DNA of 64,000 bases from Octopus sinensis (Eukaryota), in assembly GCF_006345805.1 (NCBI RefSeq), contig NC_043004.1:11904001-11968000 (forward strand), in the 5' to 3' direction. A program made the position numbers and the translations under genes. Below the pieces are notes generated by a model. The model had not been told where the DNA came from, did no database searches, and was given only the letters and a program-made list of their open reading frames with translations. This document shows, piece after piece, positions 51,640 through 64,000 of this stretch (the stretch's first letter is position 1; each line of letters begins with the position of its first letter).

Positions 51640-51870
51640 TACACTTTCCAGCTGGATTCATAGACATCTCCATATAAGACTGTTGATATTTCCCTACCAT
51701 CTTATTCTTGGTTTACCCCTTCGTTTCCTGCCAGTTGGCCCATTTTACAAAAAAAAAAAAAAAAAAACCCCAGAAGAAAGCCTTATGGTGCTTACTGGTA
51801 ATATTTTATCACGGCACCAACACTCGAGGGACTGTTGGCATATCCTTGACATGATTGAAGGGTACTCCCC
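51640..51870 (-). pseudogene. degenerate RTE-type LINE ORF2 C-terminal remnant
   Basis: Minus translation FNHVKDMP...GPTGRKRRGKPRIRW*GNI. Confidence 0.5.
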
Positions 51871-52720
51871 CAAAAAACCTATATTTTCCAACTAGTTCAC
51901 AAAGTGTACTGGATAGATTTATACACGAAAACAAAGCAAAACTAGAAAGCGTGAGAGATGTCAAGATATTTCACTCAGTCAACCCATATCACAAGTAGTG
52001 CACAGATGTAAAAGCTGAACTGAGGCAGTTGGGTCCCACAAGGGGAAATACTTCTTGTAACATTGCGAAACAGGAAAGTGATATTGTTTATTTTTTTTTA
52101 TTTAAGATTTATCAATGCCCGTTAGCTTATATAATCTCATGCAGCTGCTGGGACTAATACAAAACATCTTATTTACTGGAGCGCTATAGAACAACCATTT
52201 CACTGTAAACTTCACTTGTGTTTTCAGTTTAGCCAAACAATCTCTGGTTACGCCAAAGGACAGTGTCTGTATTGTTTTTTTTTTTGTATGTGTACACAGT
52301 GTGGCTTTGGTATTGATCTAATAAGGACACACGTAACATACATATATACATGCATGTGTGTATGTGCTCTCACATGCACACACATACAGTTGTGTTTTTA
52401 TTTATGTATAAATATATGCATGTATAAGCCATGTATGCACACAACACATACACACACACACACATATATGCATAAATACATATATGTATATATGTATATA
52501 TATATATATATAATGTTTGTGTGTGTGTGTGTGTGTATATATATACATATATATATATGTGTGTGTGTGTGTGAATATATATGTATATATATCTATGTCT
52601 ATATGTATATGTCTATACATGTATGCACATATATATCTATATCTGTAAATGTGTGTGTGTGTGAATAATATTTATACACCAATATAAATATATCTATACA
52701 AGATGTGTATACATACATAC

Positions 52721-52763
<43 letters not shown>

Positions 52764-53169
52764 GTATATATATATATATTGTATGTATGTATGTATATAT
52801 ATATATATATATATATATAATGTAGATAGATATAGATATGAACAGTCACATTTTCATAGGAGCAAATGAAATGGCATAAATGATACTTTGTTGATATGAA
52901 TGTCCTGTTAAGTCAGCTACCAACTATCATCTCATTATCATTATAAAGGCCACCACTATGGCTTGCCATGAACAACAACAACATCAGTACAGAGACCACA
53001 CTGTTAATTATTAACACAACAACCCCACCCCCGACCTCACCATCATGACAGTCATCATTAGTTTTCATCATCATAGTTGTCAGCATCATCACAGCCATCA
53101 TTATCATAGCTATCATCATCATAGTCATTATTACCATCATCATCATTACCATCATCATCATAGTCATCA

Positions 53170-54065
53170 TTAGTTGTCATCATAGCCATCATCATAGCTG
53201 TCATCATCTGTCACCATCATCATCATAACCATCATCATTTTAGCCATCATCATCATTGTAGCCATCATCATCTTAGCTGCCATCATCATCATAGCCATCA
53301 TCATCTTAACCATCATCATCATTGTAGCCATCATCATCTTAGCTGTCATCATCATCATAGCCATCATCATTTTAGCCATCATCATCATTGTAGCCATCAT
53401 CATCTTAGCTGCCATCATCATCATAGCCATCATCATCTTAACCATCATCATCATTGTAGCCATCATCATCTTAGCTGTCATCATCATCATAGCCATCATC
53501 ATTTTAGCCATCATCATCATTGTAGCCATCATCATCTTAGCTGTCATCATCATCATAGCATCATCATCTTAACCATCATCATCATGTAGCCATCATCATC
53601 TTAGCTGCCATCATCATCATAGCCATCATCATCTTAACCATCATCATCATTGTAGCCATCATCATCTTAGCTGTCATCATCATCATAGCCATCATCATTT
53701 TAGCCATCATCATCATTGTAGCCATCATCATCTTAGCTGTCATCATCATCATAGCCATCATCATCTTAACCATCATCATCATTGTAGCCATCATCATCTT
53801 AGCTGTCATCATCATCATAGCCATCATCATTTTAGCCATCATCATCATTGTAGCCATCATCATCTTAGCTGCCATCATCATCATAGCCATCATCATCTTA
53901 ACCATCATCATCATTGTAGCCATCATCATCTTAGCTGTCATCATCATCATAGCCATCATCATTTTAGCCATCATCATCATTGTAGCCATCATCATCTTAG
54001 CTGTCATCATCTTAACCATCATCATCATCTTAGCCATCATCATCATCATCATAGCTGCCATCATA
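53170..54065. repeat. higher-order minisatellite derived from (CAT)n, with 33/66/132-bp periods
   Basis: Minus-frame translation AKMMMATMMMM-AKMMMAMMMMT-AKMMMATMMMM-VKMMMAMMMMA repeats. Confidence 0.9.
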
Positions 54066-54852
54066 GCTGTTATCATCGTCATCATTATCATCATCTTCAT
54101 CATTTTCATGGTGTTTCTTTTTCTTTATCATTATCTTCATCAAACTACCACTGTCTCTGACACCCCCCCCCCCAAAAAAAAATAAACAACAACAAAACCA
54201 CCATCATATCAAACAAAACAAAATATATTTAATTATCAATGTCTGCTCCTCCCCTTATGCATATCCGTCATCACCATCGTCATATTGCTCCTGTTCTTCA
54301 CTGTTATCGTTGTTACGGAACTCAGAACTCGTTAGTTAAAATCAGCTTAAACAGTTAAAGTCAACAATGTCCCATGTACAGAACAGTCTGTTCTTTGTGA
54401 TGACCATCACTACTTAGTAATCATTTCAGACCTACCCCCTCACCATCTGTATACTAATACTAATAATCCTTTCTGCTGTAGGTACAAGGGCTGAAATTTT
54501 GCGGGGCAGGGGCTAGGCAGTTACGGTGACCCTGGTGCTCCACTCTTTTACTCTTTTATACTTGTTTCAGTCATTTTGACTGTGGCCATGCACAACAAAA
54601 AAAAACAAAAAACAGGAAAGTCAACCAAATGACCTTGGTGGAATTTGAACTCAGTATGTAAAGGACCATAACTAGATACCTCAAAGCATTTTGTTTGATA
54701 TTCTAACTATTCAACCAATCCACCACCATATGACTGTAAAAGCATCGAGTGAGATTTCACAGCTATTTCTAGCAGGTTGAATAGCTGCTTGGAGACATTC
54801 TGTTTGGTTTGCAGAAAAGGTTAATGTGTTTGTTGGGTCAGTGAAAAAGAGT

Positions 54853-54894
<42 letters not shown>

Positions 54895-55339
54895 AGGTAG
54901 GGGTGGGGTATAAAGTCATTAAGTTCAGAAAAAGCAGTTTTAAAGACAAGGAAAAGGTGTTGGGGCAGTGGTCCATTGAATGGAGTTTTTTTTTTGGTTT
55001 ATTGAGGACTTGTATATCAACTGGTGTGTACAATGTGTGTCTCTGTCTTTACACAGAGACCTTTGTGTCTGTGTGTGTGTGTGTGGGGGCATGAATATGT
55101 ATATTTAGATACATGTATATTACATGTGTATACATAAATGTTTTTTATGTATGTATGTATGTATGTATTTCGCTTCCTCTATATGTAAACCTAAGAAAAC
55201 TTATATATGTTTATACATACATACACACACAGATAACCGGAACCTGATGCAGTTCTCCTGCTTGTCAAACCGTCCAACCCATGCCAGCTTGGAACACAGC
55301 GGTTAAATGATGCTTATATATATATATATATATATATAT

Positions 55340-55481
55340 GTAAGTAGCTTGCTTACCAATCACATGGTTCTGAGTTCAGTCCCACTGCATGGCACCTTGG
55401 ACAAGTATGTTCTACTATAACCTCGGGCCAGCCAAAGCCTTTTGAGTGGATTTGGTAGACAGAAACAGAAAAAAGCTCGTC

Positions 55482-55523
<42 letters not shown>

Positions 55524-55726
55524 ATGTGTGTGTGTGTGTTTGTACCCCATCACCGCTCAACAACCAATGTTGGTGTGCTTTTGTCCCCGTAACTCAGCAA
55601 AGGAGACCAATAGAATAAGTACTAGGCTTACAAAGAATAAGTCCTGGGGTTGATTTGTTCAACTAAAGGTGGTGCTCCAGCATGGCTGCAGTCAAGTGAC
55701 TGAAACAAAAATAAAAGAGTAAAAGA
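55340..55726 (+). mobile_element. family-B SINE
   Basis: Head, (TG)n centre and tail. Confidence 0.85.
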
Positions 55727-56221
55727 AAATAGATCATCATCATCATCAACGTCTGTTTTTCCATGCTGGCATGGGTTGGACAGCTTGCCTGAAAACTGGT
55801 AAGCTTGGGAGCTGCACCAGGCTTCAGTCTGATTTCGTATGGCATCTATGGCCTGTATGCCCTTTCTAACACCAACAGCTGCCAGTTATGAAACACCGGC
55901 ATCAGCCACGACTATGACATCGCTTAATTTCGCAGGTCTTCTCAAGCACAGGATATTGTCAAAGGTCTCGGTCACTTGTCACTGCCTCTGTGAAGCCCAA
56001 AGTACGAAGGGAGCATTTTACATGCCCACCGGCATGGGCGCCAGGTATGCAACACTGGCATCAATCACAAATACGATTTCATATATATATCAGAGGCGTG
56101 CTGCCTAGGTAGGCAAGGTAGGTAGTGCCTATATTGAATAAAATAGGTCAATACCAACACTTTCCTTTTATGGCAAAATATGCACCTAATTCAATGAAAT
56201 TATGAATGTTACTCTGATTAA

Positions 56222-56700
56222 TACTCTTTTACTTGTTTCAGTCATTTGACTGCAGCCATGCTGGAGCACCGCCTTTAGTCGAGCAAATCAACCCCAGGAC
56301 TTATTCTTTGGAAATCTGGTACTTATTCTATCGGTCTCTTTTGCCGAACTGCTAAGTTATGGGGACGTAAACACACAAGAATCAGTTGTCAAGCGATGTT
56401 GCGGGGGTAAAAAACACAGACACATAAACATATACACACACACACACACATATATATATCATCATCACTTAGCGTCCGCTTTCCATGCTGGCATGAGTTG
56501 GACGGTTCAACTGGGTTCTGGGAAGCCAGAAGGCTGCACCAGACCCAGCCTGATCTGGCAATGTTTCTACGGCTGGATGCCCTTCCTAACGCCAAATATA
56601 TATATATATACGATGGGCTTCTTTCAGTTTCCATCTACCAAATCCACTCTCAAGGCTTTGGTCAGCCCGAGGCTATAGCAGAAGACATTTGCCTAAAGGT
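56222..56700 (-). mobile_element. family-B SINE with a family-D element nested in its central microsatellite
   Basis: B tail 56222-56450, D fragment 56457-56595, remainder of B body 56610-56700. Confidence 0.8.
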
Positions 56701-57167
56701 CACCAACTGCCTACCCTGAGTAATTACTGATGGCACATACCTGATATATATGTGTCTAGAGTATGGAGTGGCCCTTCTGTTTGCCACCCCTGAACCCCAC
56801 GAAACATATATTGCCTACAGCAATAGCCTACAACAGGATGAAAAGTGCCACCTGTTTAAAAGTGCTGCCGGGGGGTGGGGGTGGACTGTCCCTCCCACCA
56901 GCCATGCTATTGGTTACAATCTTACATAAAGATTTTCTGTTTGGGCAATCGTGTTGTTATTTGCCCACTTCACTCAGGGAATGAAGCATTGCTATAATTG
57001 TTCTTCTTATTAAATATGAATTAGAAAGCAGTGAGCTGGGAGAATCGTTAGCATATTGGGTGAAATACTTTGTGGTATTTCATCTCCCGCTATGTTCTGA
57101 GTTCAAATTCTGCCAAGGTTGACTTTGGGGGGGGTCAGTAAATTAAGTACCAGGTGAACACTGAGGT

Positions 57168-57517
57168 CAGCACTGGATTAACCACTTAGCAAAATAAGCA
57201 CGTGCTTAGGGCATCAAAAGAAGGAAGGAACCCCACAGAAATGGTAAATGGTTTACAGAACAAAAGAAATCACTTTTAAATTTACTAAAATAATATTCGG
57301 GATGCCTTTGTCTCTACTAAGTATAGACGAAGATGTGTTACCTAAGATCAATTTTGAGGATTTGATCAAAGACTTTGCAATTCAAAAAAGTAGGAGGAAA
57401 CTTTTCAAATATAAATAAAGTGGAAGCATACAAAAATAGAATTTTTTTTTTTTTTGCCCTAATTTATAATTGCTTATAATTTTCACCTTAAAAGGTATTT
57501 TAAATAGCTGGCCACTG
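57168..57517 (+). mobile_element. deleted hAT transposon with transposase C-terminal remnant
   Basis: CAG...CTG ends; translation LSLLSIDEDVLPKINFED/(frameshift)/LIKDFAIQKSRRKLFKYK* resembles the hAT dimerisation-domain C-terminus. Confidence 0.75.
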
Positions 57518-57569
57518 ATAAAATTTTTGAAAACATTTTATCCTTATATTAGAAATATATATATATATA

Positions 57570-57780
57570 TTTCTTTACTGCCCTGAAGGGGCTAAACATA
57601 GAGGGGACAAACAAGGACAGACGAAGGGATTCAGTCGATTATATCACCCCCAGTGCGAAACTGGTACTTTATTTATCGACCCCGAAAGGATGAAAGGCAA
57701 AGTTGACCTTGGCGGAATTTGAACTCAGAACGTAACGACAGACGAAATACCACTAAGCATTTCACCCAGCACACTAACGT
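57570..57780 (-). mobile_element. family-C SINE
   Basis: Complete family-C structure. Confidence 0.85.
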
Positions 57781-58331
57781 ATAATGTGTGTGTGAATCCG
57801 TTTCTCTTTTTTTCTAAGTGTGTGTGTGTCTGTGTGTATGTATCTATTTGAAATGAAGTGCTAAATGAAATTATCATCAAATATGCCACATTCAAATCAA
57901 CAACAGGAAGAATATACACTTCCTTCTGTGTCCCCTAAACACACTTGTAGACTTTTTATTTATTCCCTTATCCACTCTAGCTCTTATAAATTTAGGTCAA
58001 GGGGTCATGGCTGAACAGAGCCATGATGGCAGCTGTGGTGGTGGTGGTGGTGGAGGCACAGGTGGTAGTGGTGGTGGTGGTGGTATTGTGAAATGAGTGG
58101 CTGATTGATCTGTACTGTAAGTTGGCCTGAGGCCAGAAAACATCAAAGAGAATAATGTCAAAATCCTTGCAGCTTCCTTTAGGCTGCTTGCCAGGGTGGG
58201 GTGTGAAGGTATTGGCATGATGATGATGATGATGACAATTTGTTGACCTTCGACCTCACACCTCCATCTCTTCTGAAATGGTTCTTTAATGCTGTTAATG
58301 TCTTCCTGCATTTTCCATTCTCTCCTTCTCT

Positions 58332-58367
<36 letters not shown>

Positions 58368-58519
58368 GCTTGTCTCTTCCTCACCATCACTCTCTCAACC
58401 TCTGACTCTTCCAACACCCACAAAGCCTTTTCTGTACCTACCCCTATACCTTCTCTCCCTCTCTTGACCCTCCAACAAGTGAATAATTACTCAACCTCAC
58501 CTCATCCATTTCCCCTTGG

Positions 58520-58710
58520 TTTGCAGTCATCTCCACCCCCACCACCCCACCACCATCACCACCACCACCATCACTACCATCACCACCACCAGTATCATCA
58601 CTACCACCATCGCCATCACCACCATCATCACTGCCACGACCACCACCACTGCCATCACCACCACCATCATCACCAACACCCCATTACCACCACCACCACA
58701 ACCTTAAACC
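58520..58710. repeat. (CAC/CAT)n trinucleotide tract
   Basis: Direct reading. Confidence 0.9.
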
Positions 58711-60835
58711 TTGCCAACCATTAAACCAACCAACCACTCTTCCCACTCACCAACCTTGTCATATTTACTGTTATTTTTTTTGCTTTGTTTTCCAATTAAT
58801 ATTTTTTATTCCTCCCACTCTTATGAGTAGGGGGAGAGGAGAGCTTCTATCCCCTACTTCCTACCCTTTACCCCTCCATTCTTCAGTCCTCCTACCATTC
58901 TACAATACCACTTCTCTTTCATCCCCCCCCCCAGTCTTTGGTGACACTTTTCCATCCTCCTCCTCTACTTCTCCCTGATTTAATTTCATTTTTTACTATG
59001 TCACCTCACTCTCTTTAAGTCCCTTTCATCTCACTAATACTCTCCCTCTGTTTCTCTTTCTCTTTTTCCTTGTTTCTTCTTCTTTTTACCTGGCTTCCAT
59101 CAACACCCCTATATTGCTTTACCACCTCTCTTTCTCTCATTTGGATTGATGCCTCCAAACCCTGCTGCTTGTCCACTATATCCCTTCTTCCTCCCTTCCT
59201 TTCTTCCTTCCTTCTTTCCTTCCAGTTATCATTTCTTTCTCATCCCTATGTGGTAGAAAATTTGGGTCAGATATCATCATCATCATCATGATGTTATCAT
59301 CATCATCCTTTAATTTTTGTTTTTCCATGCTGGCATGGGTTGGATGGTTTGACTGAAAAACTGGTAAGCTGCACCAAGTTCTGATCTGATTTGGCTAGGT
59401 TTTTTATGTGCCACCAGCAACAGAGTGCCATTAACTTGTCACAGACATCAGCCACTACTATGGTCTCACTTGACTTGGCAGGTCTACACAAGCATGGTAT
59501 ATCATCAAAGGTCCCGGTTACCTGTCACTGCCTCAATGAGGCCCAAAATTCACTCAGTGGTTTTTGTGGGCCACCATTTAAGCATTTGGCCATGTATTAC
59601 CCTCAGCACTCAATCCCTATTTTTATGTATAAATGAATATTTTATATTTTACAAATTTATACATAATATGAGTCATTTGATATTTAATATATTATATAAT
59701 TTATATACAATACTATGATATTATAATAAATTTATAGCATCGCCCAATCCCCTGCCATCCTCTCAATGCCTCCGTTTTCTCTATCGTGCCCCTACAGCCC
59801 CCAGACTATTAAAAAATAGGTACTGGGATCAAAACATTCAACTAAAAATTCTTTCATAGCAGTGCCCCAGCATGGCCACAGTTTGATAAATGTAACAAGC
59901 AGAAAGAAAAAAATGAAAAAGAAAGAATTTCTTATAATATTGAATATTAAAAAAACAATAGGAACTTTTAGACATGGAATGATTCTGAGGGTCCCCCTGC
60001 CCTCTGTCCCTGAGTAAAATAAGACTCACAGTGGTCCTTAGGTAAAGAATGGTTGAGAACCACTGCTCTAGTGATTCTGTTAGTCTGCGACTCTAGAACG
60101 GTACAGATTTGTAATCATTTGTATAAGAGCTGTGTGGTAATTCACTTGCTTACAAACTAAATGGTTCCGGGTTCAATCCCACTTCATGGCATCTTGGGCA
60201 AGTGTTTCCTACGATAGCCTCGGGCCAATCAAAAATAGGTTTACAGTTATTCAACTATCTCTTTTGCATTCATATAATTATAAAAAAAATATGAAACCAT
60301 TATTCAGCTTGAGGCTATAGTAGAAGACACTTGCCCAAGGTGCCACGCAGTGGGACTGAACCTGGAACCATGTGGTTGGTTAGCAAGCTACTTACCACAC
60401 AGCCACTCCTGCACCTATATGTATGCATATTATATAAATTCACTGCAATTTCTCTGTTCTGTTCCCCACCTCCATTTTATTCTCCTTGCCTTTTAATAGA
60501 AGCAAACAAGCACTTGCTTTACAGTCCTCGCTGCACAACCCTTCACCTACTCTCCACCCCATTGCTCTCGTCAACTAATTAATTAGCTGAAAGACATTAA
60601 ATTCTACAACTGGACATTGTCATTGTGTCCATCCCCAAAATTCTTCACCAAGTAACAGCTTATTAGGCCTCCAGTGTATTCTCTATAAATAAGAATTTTT
60701 ATGCACTGTGCACTAATGAATCTGATTTTCACGAGCAGATGTTCATGGTTGCTCAACTGCTTTACACCCACCCCTCTTTACATGTCATCCCACTGACTGA
60801 CAAAATAAACTTAGCCACTTCATATACATACATAG

Positions 60836-60875
<40 letters not shown>

Positions 60876-60889
60876 TATATATATATATA

Positions 60890-60915
60890 TATATACATAT
60901 AGACACATACATACG

Positions 60916-60980
<65 letters not shown>

Positions 60981-61009
60981 GACACATACATACGTACATA
61001 CATATATAT

Positions 61010-61055
<46 letters not shown>

Positions 61056-61210
61056 GACACATACATACGTACATACATATATATATTATATATATAATAT
61101 ATATATATATATATTATATATACATATAGACACATACATACGTACATACATATATATATATATAATATATATATATATATTTATATACATATATACATAT
61201 AGACATATAC
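60890..61210. repeat. minisatellite ATACATATAGACACATACATACGTACATAC plus variable (TA)n, four full units and a degenerate fifth
   Basis: Units at about 60893, 60971, 61046, 61119 and 61193. Confidence 0.85.
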
Positions 61211-61597
61211 ATATGTACATACATACATACATATATATACATATATTCACACAAATATGCATATATATATATGCATAAACGATGATGATGATATATATAT
61301 ATATATATACATACACATATATGCATATATATATATATAATATATATTATATTAAATTAGAGATAAAACCACTATTAGGCAAATTATACAAAGAAAAACT
61401 TAAGCCAATACTTAAGATTAATGAATTTATATTATTTTAAATATATATCAAAATTATTAAACAAAGATAATTAGTATAACACGCATATATACATACATAC
61501 ATACATGCATATATATATATATAATATATATATATATACATGCATGCATATATATATATATATATACATGCATATACATATGTACATACACACACAC

Positions 61598-61646
<49 letters not shown>

Positions 61647-62169
61647 GCATGTATATATAGCAGTAAATCATAAAGCCGAAAGAGAAACTCTAAGCTATGG
61701 AGTAAAAGCCAAACACTTTATGGCCGTGAAATCCTGGGTAACCCCATAGACTGGCCATAAATATATTCTTTTATTCTTCTACTTGTTTCAGTCATTTAAC
61801 TGCAGCCATGCTGGAGCATTGCCTTGAGAGGTTTTTTTTTCAGTGAAAGAAATCGACTCCAGGATTTATTCTTTGTAAACCTACTACTTATTCCATCGGT
61901 ATCTTTTGCTGAACCGCTAATTTACGGGAACATAAACACACCAACAACGTCGGTTGTTGAGCGATGGTGGCGAAAATAAACACAAAGACACACAGACACA
62001 CACATACACACACACACACACACCTCGACATTTTCATTACCACTGTTTCACTTTCATGTTGGTATGGGTTGGATGGTTTGACAATAGTCAATGTATCTAG
62101 GAACTGCATGAAGCTCAAATGTCTGATTTGGAATTGATTTTCAGTGGATGCCCTTCCTAACATTGACCA

Positions 62170-62520
62170 CTTTACATCATCATCATCATTTAACATCCGT
62201 TTTCCACGCTGGCATGGGTTGGACGGTTCGACTGAGGTCTGGAAAACCAGTGGCTGCACCAGGCTGCAATCTGATCTGGCAGTGTTTCTACAGCTGGATG
62301 CCCTTCCTAACACCTAATACTCCAAGAGAGTAGTGGGTCCTTTTTACATGCTATCAGCACAGAAACTAGTCAAGCAGGCCTGGCATCGATTACATTTGGA
62401 TAGTGCTTTTTAAGTGCCACCAGCACAGGACCCAGTCAGGAGTACTGGCATCAGTCATGTTTGGATGGTGCATTTTACATGCCACCGGCACAGGAGCCAA
62501 TCAAGCAGCCATAGCATTGA
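62170..62520 (-). mobile_element. family-D element
   Basis: (CAT)n then ttaacatccgttttccacgctggcatgggttggacgg and internal gtgccacc repeats. Confidence 0.8.
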
Positions 62521-62699
62521 TCACACACATGCACACCCACCCACACACATACGCACATATATATATGATGGGCTTCCAAATGGTTTCTGACTCCCAAATT
62601 CACTCTGAAGACAGTGGTCAGTCTGTGGCTATACTAGAAAACACTTGTCCCTAGGTACCTTGCACACTTTCTTATGCACCTTGATCATCTACCGTCTCG

Positions 62700-62945
62700 T
62701 GGAGACATGTTGCTTAGTGGTTAAGGTGTTGGACCGATTATGGTAAGATTGTGATTTCAATTCCTGAACTGGACGGTGCATTGTGGTCTTAAGCAAAACA
62801 CTTCATTTTTTTTGTTGCACCAGTCCACTCAGCTGATAGAAGTGAGCAACCGTACGATGGACTGGTGTCCCATCCAGGTAGAGAATATATGCACCATGGA
62901 AACCAGGAAACCAGCCCTGTGATTCTGTATGACTCAGGAAGGACC
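62700..62945 (+). mobile_element. SINE with E-type core and A3-type tail
   Basis: ttaagcaaaacacttc..ccagtccactcagctg core; gatggactggtgtcccatccagg tail. Confidence 0.7.
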
Positions 62946-63366
62946 TTTATCCTATCCTAAGCATGGAACATGGATATTAAATGATGGTGATGATAATGAT
63001 GATGATATGTGTATGTATCTAAATGTCACCAAATTGATGATGTATAAACCACATGTATGCATATATATATATGCATGTGCATACAAAATAAAGAGAGAAA
63101 GGGTGGGGGCTGGAAAGTGATTTATAATATTCTGGTCACATTTGCTATTCATTGTTCTCATCGTAGATTATCTTTGTAAATTAATCCTCCCACTAATTTA
63201 ATCTCTTTTATAGTTTATAACTGATACATCAAGCTATGTTTTCCGTTTGATGTTCCCAGCTAATTGACAAGTCTGACTGGCTGGCACAAGGTTATCAGTG
63301 TAATCAATAGAATAATTACTGCAAAATGAAAAACATGATACCATTGTTTACTGATGTTCCTGAGCA

Positions 63367-63730
63367 GAGGCACAATGGCCCAGTGGTTAGAGCAGCGGTC
63401 TCATGGTCGTAGAATCGCGGTTTCGATTCCCAGACTGGGCGTTGTGAGTGTTTGTTGAGCGAAAACACATAAAGCTTCAAGAGGTTCCAGTAGTGGATGA
63501 TGGTGAACCCTGCTGTAATATTTCTCCACAACTTCCTCTCACTCTTTCTTCTTGTTTCTGTTGTACCTGTATTTCAAAGGACCAGCCTTGTCACACTCTG
63601 GGCCATGTTGAATCTCCCCGAGAACTATGTTAGGGGTACACGTGTCTGTGGAGTGCTCAGCCACTTGCATGTTAATTTCACAAGCAGGCTGTTCCTTTGA
63701 TTGGATGAACTGGAACCTTCATCATTGTAA
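63367..63730 (+). mobile_element. family-A SINE with A1 tail
   Basis: Homologous to 25755-26092. Confidence 0.85.
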
Positions 63731-63825
63731 GAAATGGAATGCCACAATGTTCCTGAAATTTATGGGCTGGAAAATGAACGATAAGTGTTCAAATCATGAC
63801 TAGGCTAATAGAATATGTATGTATG

Positions 63826-63862
<37 letters not shown>

Positions 63863-64000
63863 TTATATTTATGTATTATTCTTATATAAGACAGATGTTG
63901 ACAGTAACTTCGAAGTTTTACCCTGCTAACCCATTGTTGGACTGCAATTCATTGTATAGTCTCTGTTTGATATATATATATATATACATACATATATATA

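Overview
AT-rich eukaryotic DNA dominated by repeats. Its SINE families and dense (TA)n, (CA)n and (GAT)n microsatellites suggest an octopus/cephalopod genome (inference, not verified). No complete protein-coding gene can be supported, and almost all ORFs in the supplied track are artefacts of microsatellites or SINEs. The window looks like large intron or intergenic sequence. It carries many copies of several SINE families, some in tandem, nested, inverted or domain-shuffled. It also holds deleted mariner elements, a hAT remnant, Helitron/Helentron-like non-autonomous elements, MITEs, RTE LINE 3' ends, a probable LTR end and Penelope-like ends with decayed hammerhead motifs. The most notable structures are a ~490-bp foldback palindrome (41971-42462), a head-to-head twin mini-SINE, a near-perfect inverted duplication, a hairpin-ended element associated with (TA)n, a 33/66/132-bp higher-order (CAT)n-derived repeat, and a GC-richer structured island next to a candidate 111-nt exon. 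Family labels B, C, D, A and E are my own working names.
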